This document shows positions 24,012-33,515 of a stretch of 33,515 nt of DNA, one piece after another; position 1 is the first letter of the stretch, and each line of letters starts with the position of its first letter. The notes beneath the pieces are model-generated. The model saw nothing but the letters and a program-made list of their open reading frames with translations. It did no database searches and was not told the origin of the DNA. Origin of the DNA: Octopus bimaculoides. Lineage: Eukaryota. Position numbers and translations under genes: made by a program. The stretch lies in the NCBI RefSeq assembly GCF_001194135.2, contig NC_068994.1, positions 23,668,793 to 23,702,307 of the forward strand, in the 5' to 3' direction.

Positions 24012-25866
24012 ATTGAATCAGATCGTAAAATTCATTCTGTTGATTTTGGCATCATTTCTCTCAGTTCGTATACACGACAAAGCACACGACCTTTTGAAAG
24101 CCAACGAACCTCTGTGTGAAATTTGCTCGCATTTCTTCACAAATATGAGCAAATAATCTTGATTTTAAAGGTTTACTTTTTATGTAATTGACCATTTGAA
24201 CCATTTCGTTTGTAACTCATCGTAAATCATATCCAGCAGTTTGCGCAATTAGTGATTCACGATGCAAAAAATTTAAAAAAAAACAATGAGTAATCATAAT
24301 ATTTGTATTCTCTTTTTTTGTTAAAGTTATAAAACCTTTTACTGAACCTACACCATTGAGGGCACGCCATCTGTGAATATTCCTATACAGTTTAACCATA
24401 ACAAATTATTTTCCTTCATGAAGGAATTTTAAGCTTGAAAATTGTCTTCAATTCTAGTTCTCAATGGAAGTTCTTAGACAACACAAGAAGCTCAATAATT
24501 CTGTCATTATAAATGGAACGTATAAAAACGATCAACTGTGCTAACCCACTAACATCTGTTGATTCGTCTAACTACAATGCAAACATCATGTTATTATCTT
24601 GAGCAATATTCTTCATTTGCAGCTTAATATCATTAGACATATCTTGAATTCGTCTTCCCTTTGTGTTTTCTGTCGGAGGAATATTTTAACTTCTATCTCA
24701 AATTCAGGTCCAAACATTGTTCGAACAATAGCACAACAAGATTTCTTTATAGTACTTTCAGCAATTCTATGTCATTCCTTGCTTTTGGCAATTATTTGAG
24801 CAACCAAGTAACTTTGGAGCTTTGTGTGATGTCTTCATTCTCTTTGTGAAAGTTGAAGCCTGCTTTTTTAGAGATTTTGAAAGTTCAATGAAGTATTTCT
24901 CTGGAGTTGTTGACAAATTTCCGTGCCTAGTGCTGAAACGACACTTTAATTTGTTTGGTACCATACTTTCGTTTGCAAGTATATCTCCACAAACTAAACA
25001 CAGGGGAGTAGGATTGTTTTCATTTCCAGAAAATGTGAAGCCGACTTTTATATAATCTTTGTTGTATAAAAGAGGTTTAAACATTTTTCCTGTGCCCTTC
25101 CCACTCACCGACGTAGGTCGTTTAACAGTTGTTTGAAAGGTTTCCTTCGTAGTTGTTAATTTTGTTCGTTGGAAATGTCATCTTCTGCAACGTTACTTTT
25201 CTTAAAATTTATCCATTTTAATTACAATTTATGAATAAGACTGATTTATTATAAAGTTATGCTAACTAAGCATGTATTTAATATCACCATCACTAAGTAC
25301 GATAAAATTAGAAATGGCACGTTGCACTTAATTAGAATACCCGGTATCTAAAGTTAAGCCCGCATGACTGATGCACATGGGGCAAATGTGGCATGAGTTT
25401 AATGGGATTTCATAATTATTAGTTCATCATCAGTAATGCAATATATCAGCTTAGGTGAATAATAACTTTTGGCAATTTGAAAGCAGTTCCAGTGTGTTTC
25501 GCTCACTAAAACAGGTGCTCAGTTGAAAATTTTAAATTGATTTTCAGTTTACTTCGGACAAGGGAATAAAGCTTGCAATATGTGTAAATTCTTTTACACT
25601 GAATAAAATATAATGAAAATGAGCGTTACATAATGAAGATTACTTGTACCTTTCTTTCTTTCTTTCTTTCTTTTTAATCTCGCCTCCACACATTAAGTGG
25701 GAAACGATAGCCGGTAGGTATATGCATTGACATGTTCACTATGCTAACAGATTCTGAAACAAATTGGTATTGGGTATTTCATTTATTGGTTTCCTGTACG
25801 TTTGCGATACACCTACGCCCTGCTAGCGACACACTAATATGCTGCGATACAGTTTGGAAAACACTA
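24012..25866 (-). mobile_element. hAT transposon, Charlie/Buster (ZBED5-like) type, decayed; 3' part runs into the gap
   Basis: Putative 5' TIR TAGTGTTTTCCAAACTG (25866-25850) and MDKF start at 25216. BED-like YIKVGFT...PLCLVCGDILANESMVPNKLK, FAL*LDESTDVSGLAQLIVF, CIGIFTDG, THC..LHRESL, HTEVRWLSKGRVL, all frameshifted. Confidence 0.93.
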
Positions 25867-26778
25867 CATTAGAGGAATGCATACGTCAGTCGGTTTTTCG
25901 AGAAAAGCCATCATTTTCAGTGAGTTGTGAAAGGCCTGCTCTCACATTCCTGAAATTGGTGGTTATAATTTTCGATGCAGAACAGTGAACCACATTTTAC
26001 GTTTTTTTTTTTTTTCTGTAACTTAAGATACAGTTGCGAGCACACAGCAACCCTTCCACGCCAAAAAAAACAAAAAAACAACAAAAAAAACAACAACAAA
26101 AAAAAGCAAAAAACAATGCATGTAGGATATTTCCTATTTATATTGTTTATATGCGTGTTCCAACATTTCATACAACTTTATTCATTAAAACTTATTAAAA
26201 CTTCAAAGAAGTTTGTCGTCGTGATGTTGTCAAAGACAGCTGTCACGCTCAGAATGCCAGCTTAAAAATCCTGCTTGATGATTGAGTAAGAATGATCAAA
26301 CTTTAACTCCCTGTGTAACATTATTCTAAACATCTATTTCTCTCTCTCCCTCTCTCTCTACAATGTGCGTGTGCGTGTATGTGTGTGTGTGCGTGTGCAT
26401 GCGTTAGGACATGTAAAGATCACGTAATCTGCACATAAAATTTAAACATATCAATGACCAATCGTATTTTGAAGCTTTTACAAATATCTGTTCTTTCGTA
26501 ATTCAATCGCTAGAATAATCGCTATCGCGAACCTCAGATACTTTCATTTAACTTCTGTATCTTATAATAAACATACGTTCACAATACACATACTCTCACA
26601 TCCACACACATGTACATACACATATATATTATATAAATTATTCGTTAATAGGAGTAAAACGAACGATACTAATCAATACATAATGCAGAGTTTTTGTATA
26701 ATTTATTTGAAACTATATTATGGCTTCGACCATATTTGATATAACGGCTCAAATGTGAGTCTCTTAAATAAATGAGAA

Positions 26779-26852
26779 GTGTGTGAATGTGTGTGTGTGA
26801 GTGTGTGTATGCGTGCGTATGTGTGTGCTTGTGTGTTTGTTTGTATGTGTGT

Positions 26853-26889
<37 letters not shown>

Positions 26890-26995
26890 TGTGGTGAGTA
26901 TGCGTGTAGTGTGTGTGGTGTGTATGTATGTGTGTGGTATGTGAGTGGTGTGTGCGTGTGTGTGAGTGAGAGAGGGGGGGAGAGAGAGAGAATGT
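26779..26995. repeat. Degenerate (TG)-rich microsatellite ending in (GA)n
   Basis: Direct reading. Confidence 0.93.
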
Positions 26996-27374
26996 ATGCA
27001 TAAATGCATGTATAAATCATGTGTCATACTGTCCAATTTACGAGAGTAATCGATCCTACGAGTCATATTCAAACAATTTCAGAAACTGGCAAATTTGCTA
27101 TTCTCGGGCGCTTTTTCAAAAGCTGCTGCTATTTCTCTCCTCAATTTCAGAATAATCTCGTGCCACTTCAGTGCGTTGTAACGCAACTGATCACCGGTTC
27201 TAGTTTCGTCATTGCGCCTGTTGTTCTTCCAGTCTCATTTACCAAATAGTGAGATATAATGTATGTGTAAGAGGCAACAGCGTGACGAACTATTCAGTAT
27301 AGGCAGTCTACGTTGATAAACTGTCAACAAAAGACATTTTGCATGATATCAAAATGTTTTAACAGTGTATAAAG

Positions 27375-27455
27375 CTACATACATGCATACATACATACAT
27401 ACATACATACATGCATACATACATACATACATACATACATACATACATACGTACG
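27375..27455. repeat. (TACA)n microsatellite
   Basis: Direct reading. Confidence 0.95.
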
Positions 27456-27525
27456 TACACCGTATACATCTGAAATATTTGGAGGTATTTTATATATATA
27501 AATATAAATATTTGGATGTATATAT

Positions 27526-27736
27526 NNNNNNNNNNNNNNNNNNNNNNNNNNNNNNNNNNNNNNNNNNNNNNNNNNNNNNNNNNNNNNNNNNNNNNNNNNN
27601 NNNNNNNNNNNNNNNNNNNNNNNNNNNNNNNNNNNNNNNNNNNNNNNNNNNNNNNNNNNNNNNNNNNNNNNNNNNNNNNNNNNNNNNNNNNNNNNNNNNN
27701 NNNNNNNNNNNNNNNNNNNNNNNNNNNNNNNNNNNN
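27526..27736. other. Assembly gap (N)
   Basis: N-run. Confidence 1.
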
Positions 27737-27919
27737 TTATGGGATTGCCTTAGGTTTCACACATCCATAAAGACCTCTCTAGCGAGTCTCTGTTGGTTTA
27801 GCCAAAGTCTGTTGGCTAAACCAACAGACTTTGGGGTCTAATGATACGCCATAAAGCCAGGCCCTTTATGGACGTGAAACCCAAGGTAATCCCATAAATC
27901 GGCCTCATCTAACTTTAAG

Positions 27920-27920
<1 letters not shown>
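27737..27920. mobile_element. Palindromic MITE-like element with nested inverted repeats
   Basis: 27737-27772 pairs with 27864-27897. Inner perfect 17-bp and 14-bp stems. (TA)n flank on the right; the left end lies in the gap. Confidence 0.7.
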
Positions 27921-27951
<31 letters not shown>

Positions 27952-27960
27952 CAATGTTTA

Positions 27961-27998
<38 letters not shown>

Positions 27999-28012
27999 TG
28001 TGTGTGTGCGTG
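27920..28012. repeat. (AT)n and (TG)n microsatellites
   Basis: Direct reading. Confidence 0.93.
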
Positions 28013-29399
28013 TACGACCATGTTTAAGCGGTATTTGGATGACAGATTTAACCCGTTGTTCGGTTTGTCACCCATGTTCATTCATGTTTATTTATATTTA
28101 ATTTTTATACATTCGCATATTCACAAACGTGCTATGACATAATGTGTTATTATTATTATTTATTTGCGAACCATAAATTGTGTCTAAAAATTTGCTCTGT
28201 CCATGCAAGCTAACATATATCCACTCACTCACTTCTCGGTCATCACATAGAATGATAGGTAGAATTCTTTTTATTTTCCCGTTAGTTTATTATTTTGAAT
28301 ATATTATGGAGCTGAAAGCGTGGGTGAAAAATGAACCCGTTGTATAGAACTGAATTTGAAAGGATGGGAAATTGTGTCCATTGAGCTTCAAAATAGTGTC
28401 TATTTACTGTTTACACATTCATTTCCATACATTAAATTAATCTTTTTATGATGAATTGAAAATAATTTATTTTATACAAGTTAATAAATAATGTTTGTAG
28501 TTTTAGAATGGGTAGGTATTATCTATTGTACCTACCTACAATGACTTGATTTTCTCTTTCTGTCTACATTTTTTCAATAGAGTTAACAGATTTAAATATA
28601 AATAATATTAAGTAGTTATAGGAAAACTTGAAAAGATTTAGATTGTTTTCCATTAAAATTTTTCTTTCTGAATCTTCTGGAAGTTGATATACTTTAATAT
28701 CTTGCGTTATGAGACATAAGCTCTTGTTTACATTTTATGCAAGTTCATATGAAAGTTCTGTTGAGATAAAAAAATCTAAGTCATATGCAGAATAAACTGT
28801 TCTTTATAGATTCTAAGATACATTTAATGCTAGGAAATTAAATTTTGTTTCAGCGGTGAACTTCAGAAATGGGTGCAGGTCAAGCTATGCATAGGATAAC
28901 ATCTACTTGGTTTACAATCGTGTTATTTTATTCACAAACTCAGTTGGTGGTAATTACATTAACAGCCGTAATGATAGATGCAACGTGTAATATAACTGAA
29001 CTATTTTGTAAAGACAAATTCAGTTATATTTCAACAGGTTTGTGGTAGACAAGCAGTTGCTTAAAAGTGCCAGTTCATAAGAAGAGATCCATCCATCATA
29101 TAGGAAATTGTATATCACACAGTGATATATTCGGTGAGCGGAGTATCGCACAGAAGAAGCCGGCTGTATTTCCTCTACTTTTGATTTTGTAGGTCCGACC
29201 AAATGGGCTTGGTCCGAACGCAATAGTTATCTATTTTTAGAACTTATTTTATATTATTTTGGTGTTTATGCGCTTTTTCATCAGTCTGGACTTAGTGACT
29301 AGGTAATATTCTACAGATAACGTTATGATAACAATTTATGAATTTTTGGTGGATATGAAATTCGTAGTGAACGGACTGTCTTTTTAAAGCACCGTGAAG

Positions 29400-29635
29400 C
29401 AATGCATGTGGCCCTCCTGTCTAAATCTGTCGCCTGTTTTTGCGTCACCATCTGATATTTCAGTATTTTTAGTGAAGTCCAAGCACTCAGGGTATGTCTG
29501 AGGTTAACTTTCCCCCGTATCTCATTCCAGTTTCAGAGATCAGTGAAATTTGAGCATTATTTCTTAAGAGATGATCCGACCAACTCATTGATTTGTGCAA
29601 AATTAGATTCATTTGATAGCGTTAATATTTACTCT
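29400..29635 (-). pseudogene. Possible APE endonuclease N-terminal relic of a LINE
   Basis: VNINAIK...LLRNNAQISLISET...RKNRR..TGG resembles the NINGL / I..ISETW / R.DR...GGG order. Confidence 0.35.
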
Positions 29636-29872
29636 AAGGCCAATGCTTCCTAGACGATGCGTCTCGCATGATGTACATTGATATACAAATTGAAAATTTA
29701 AATATAAAGTCCTGATACCTAATGTGTTTCATTTATTAAATAAAGCAATAGGTACTAAAAAATTTTCTGTACTGTAACTTTTTATAAGTTAAATTATATA
29801 ATACCAGTTTTAAATATATATTCTTTTTACTTCACATATAAATTAAGCTAAAATGCTTGTTGTAAAGTGCGT

Positions 29873-29875
<3 letters not shown>

Positions 29876-29905
<30 letters not shown>
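29876..29905 (+). repeat. Poly(A)30 run
   Basis: Direct reading. Confidence 0.95.
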
Positions 29906-29909
<4 letters not shown>

Positions 29910-31019
29910 TATCAGAGTCACTGCTGTTAACAATAATTTATCATGAAGCGGTCAAGTCGGTTATGAAAAGGATTTGGTGGACAGAATTATTTTTAATAGT
30001 AGTATTTCAGTTAATATGACTGAAGATAATTTAATGATATCATCCTTATGAAGTTTAAAAAGCCTCAACAAATGCTGTGTCTCAGGGAAAACAATTAGCG
30101 AAGAGGATTACTGGCTAAACTTAGAGCACTATTTAAAACATACCAGCCCTTGGGACAAGTACGAACTACTGATATTAAGGGTTTACTAGAAGAACTAAAA
30201 AATACATCCAGCTGTAGTTGACTCTTGTTAGCTAAACTGAATTCTAATACCATGAAAGTGTCCATAATGAAATAAATCGATATCTAATTACAGTTCAATG
30301 ACTTAATACTGAGTTAATTAATAATCTGAGTCGCAACATTAGGAACGAAACTTTCAACTGAGAAAACTAATTACCTATAACAATTTCAGGGTGCATAATC
30401 TTATAGCATATTGATGAGTTACTCCCCTTGCATTAGTCGCCGCGAACGTTCTAAATTTGTGTGTCAGTATTTAAATATGTATAAAATGAGAGAGAGAGAG
30501 AGAGAAAAAATTAATTATGCGGGGAAGAGTAAAAATGTAATAATCCAATAAAATAGGAACGTGAATACTATCGGTGCAATAGTATTATTGATCGAAACGC
30601 AAAAGGACATGATTAAAGCCTATAAAATCTTTTATTCGACACTGGTTCCGTTACCTAACGTTTTCTTCTCCTCATTGAATCTCTCGAATTGCTAGAAATC
30701 ATATCTTAAAACTCACATTTCATCGTCTTAGGAAAGGAAGGACACGTTGCATATTGTGGTTCAATATACCACTGTGCCTAAGATATAGGGAGGATTGCCA
30801 CGGTTAGACTGCTTTCAATAATTTGTCTTTCTGATTTAGGCTAACAACAACAACCACATACGCACACAGCAAATGCTACAAACATACACGTGCCCAAATT
30901 AATATACACATATACACACACACAAGAGGCTGTATTCTTATGAGTTCCGTATTTTGTTAACATATTAAATTTTTTTTATTCATATTTAAATACAAAGAAA
31001 CAAGAAGAAAGAAAGAAGA

Positions 31020-31420
31020 AAAAAGGGAAAAGGTGGGGGTAAAGCAGCAGAAGATGAAAGGGAAGGAGGTGATGGGCCGAATATCTTAGAACAAATATTC
31101 TCAGCCACATCCCACAGTAATAACCGCGATAGCATTGCCATGGAGAACGGCCGGTGACACTCGCTGCAGCAGTCATTGCACCTCACGGAGATCATTTCTC
31201 CGACGGGCCGCCATTATCCCCATTTTGCGGAGAAAATTAGTAGTACGGGGTCCGAGAATAACTGATGTCTCGACGACGACCGGTACAAACTGATAGCGGC
31301 CGACCAGACCCCTGAAGTTATTGATTTTTCTCTTCTCTACGTTACGGGTGGCAACACCCATACTGTCTTCGGAGTCGAGACCAGCTGGTTCAAGTTGAGA
31401 CAGGAAGTCAACTGTGTCAA
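31020..31420 (-). mobile_element. CRE-clade-like RLE retrotransposon 3' fragment
   Basis: EKRKINNFRGL...QFVPVVVETSVILGP..NFLRKMG...EVQ*LLQRVSPAVLHGNA (ends 31101) matches the CRE-type C-terminus (F.P...ET.G..G...QRLS.A..RGNA). Locally GC-rich. Confidence 0.75.
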
Positions 31421-31659
31421 GGCCTCTTTTGATTTTGACTTAATTTTATATAGATTTCTGAATTTTTCTTTTTCTTTTTTTCTTCTTCTCTATGAATAAT
31501 CTGCAAAACGAGTATTTGACACTGGAAAATCTGTTTCCCAAATATCAACGTTCAATTTGCCGGATCTTCTTTTGCTTTTTTGCATTATAAAATTATAATC
31601 TAAGACGAAAGGAAATATTTTGATATTTCTCCATTTTCGAAACACATGAAACAAGGTCC

Positions 31660-31824
31660 AAATGGAGCTCCCACAATAGCAATGAATATTTTATTCAGTT
31701 TCCTATATATCAACGCATGAATTTCGTTTAAGCAGGTGGCTCTCAGGACCATAACAGTAACAAGCTTCAAGAAAGGCAAAATACGTCTACTATTCTCATG
31801 AGTCACTGTAGCGATAATGTCCAT
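31660..31824 (-). pseudogene. Possible Penelope-like RT relic
   Basis: HENSRRILPFLKL...IYRK resembles the PLE motif E....LPFLD...VYRKP. Confidence 0.25.
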
Positions 31825-32149
31825 CGTGCTCTGATATATATTTTACTTTTGACACAAGTCTATGAAAGGATTTTATTTCAGACAATTCCACAGCATCCTG
31901 CCTTCTAATGATGTGTGTACATTTACACAAATTGTAATGTAATATATTGTGAAAGGATTCTCTTGTTGCAATGTCTACTCTCTACTTATTTCCCGGACTT
32001 TAACAGCAAAGTTATTGGGCATTTTACTTGTAAACCAAGAAAAATGCTAATGAATTATGTCCAGTATGATACGTTAAAAGAAATATTCATCTTCGTCAAA
32101 GATCTTACTGTCATTTGCCTATCCTACCATCTTCTCCAACATATCATTA

Positions 32150-32192
32150 ACGCGCGCACAAGCGTGCATACACGCACACACACGCGCTCGCA

Positions 32193-32239
<47 letters not shown>

Positions 32240-32243
32240 GCGC
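32150..32243. repeat. (CA)n microsatellite with (CG) flanks
   Basis: Direct reading. Confidence 0.93.
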
Positions 32244-33094
32244 GATAAACGTCTATTCGCATGGAGGAGATATGTAATGGACTTAACTGAAATTAACCTA
32301 TTACTGTTATATATTAAGTGACCAATATCGCTCGAATGTGAAATCTATTGAGTTGAAAATGGTCGAGCATAAATATACTTAATCCAAAATTAATTTGGTA
32401 ATATAATTGTCTTTTAGGCTTTACTTATAGTTTGAACAAAGAAATATAGATGCTTGGTGTTTGTGTATTCCCTAATGTGAGAAATACATGCATGTGTGCT
32501 TGTGTGTGTGTGTTTGTCAAGTGTGTATATGTGTGTGTGAATGTTTGTGTGCTACCATATTTCATGTTAACGGAAGCAGAACCAAATATTTTTTTACTTA
32601 AAAACAAATTATCGTTCGTGTATTAATACTATCAAAAGGGCATGACAGCCCCCACCACTACACACAGCGGGAGGAAATCAAAGAATACCTGAGAGACACA
32701 TTTACTTGGTACACGTGAAGGTCGATGGCTATATCTTAATACTGACACGTATTTAATCAGGTACTCTACTGTATTGCCCACATATTTTTCGAGTTTATGT
32801 TTTTCTTAATAAATTGCAATATTACAGGAATTCATCAATCAATGACATTGTTATGATATGTAAAATAGTCAAATCATTCTGCAAAACGCGCGCGCACACC
32901 CACCTATACACACACACACACCAGCTACAGGCTTCAACAAATTTGCACTTCCCCACTAGACCACTAGAGCTCTGAGGGAGTGTCGATATCAATCGGTACT
33001 CCCCTAGAAGAAATCACTAGACACTGGCAATATTCCCCAAAATGTCCTATCCATGTCGATTTTCCCACTTTTCAAAATGAGCAACAAGTCGCTG

Positions 33095-33215
33095 GTAGTG
33101 AAGATGTCATGTATCTTGACTTTAGCACGGCCTTCGATAAGGTTAACTACAGCATCCAATTAGAGAAACTATCCAACACTGGAGTCCGGGGGAAGCTGTT
33201 AAAGTGAATTTAATG
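33095..33215 (+). mobile_element. CR1/Jockey-group LINE RT fragment
   Basis: DVMYLDFSTAFDKVNYSIQLEKL..TGVRGKLLK* matches D..YLDFSKAFDKV.H..LL.KL...G..GKLL.W. Confidence 0.8.
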
Positions 33216-33396
33216 TTTTCGATGGGAAAGAGAAAAGAAGAAAATTGGGTTCATAGCTGGTTAGTTCTTTTCAATGATAAGTTTATTTTTAGCCTTTTAA
33301 AGGAATGGCAAAAGCAGGTGTTATCGTTTTGAAGAAGTTGCTTTTCAAAAAGAATCTTTGGTGCCATTGTCTAGTAGGAGAGTGTGGGTGCGTTTT

Positions 33397-33460
33397 TTTG
33401 TGTGTGTGTGTGTGTGTATGTGTGCGTGTGTGTCTGTGTGCGTGTGTGTGTGCCTGTGTA
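33397..33460. repeat. (TG)n microsatellite
   Basis: Direct reading. Confidence 0.93.
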
Positions 33461-33515
33461 TTTGAAAGGTGTGTCAGTGGGAAGAGGAGGGAAGGGGAAG
33501 ATTCTGTTTACAGGT

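Noticed and set aside
26669-27072. His/Thr- or Val/Cys-rich ORFs (also at 2583-2890 and 31915-32277)
   Set aside because: Translations of CA/TG microsatellites
28852-28881. 25-nt micro-exon candidate (TTTCAG|CGGTGAACTTCAGAAATGGGTGCAG|GTCAAG)
   Set aside because: Weak donor and no supporting neighbouring exons; needs RNA-seq
29876-29905. Poly(A)30 as the tail of a retrocopy
   Set aside because: No upstream AATAAA nearby, no recognisable body and no TSD
30058-30189. Protein-like short frame (SEEDYWLNLEHYLKHTSPWDKY)
   Set aside because: Too short, with no splice or family evidence

Overview
AT-rich eukaryotic scaffold segment with five N-gaps, many microsatellites and decayed transposable elements. 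No intact host gene, RNA gene or CRISPR array is recognisable. The repeat make-up suggests a cephalopod (octopus) genome, which is inference. The window holds at least four mutually divergent R4/Dong-like RLE retrotransposon copies, including one near-full-length copy (about 17.6/19.0-22.8 kb). It also holds two families of tRNA-derived SINEs, two mariner families, a hAT Charlie/Buster-type transposon, and CRE and CR1-like fragments. Weaker relics resemble THAP, APE and Penelope domains, and there are two palindromic MITE-like units. The most notable structure is a roughly 7.7 kb chain (15.5-23.2 kb) in which Dong LINEs and SINEs alternate and are joined by (TAA)n arrays, always in opposite polarity. 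A structured GC-rich 5' leader precedes the long Dong copy. Most of the ORF track is artefact from N-runs and microsatellites.
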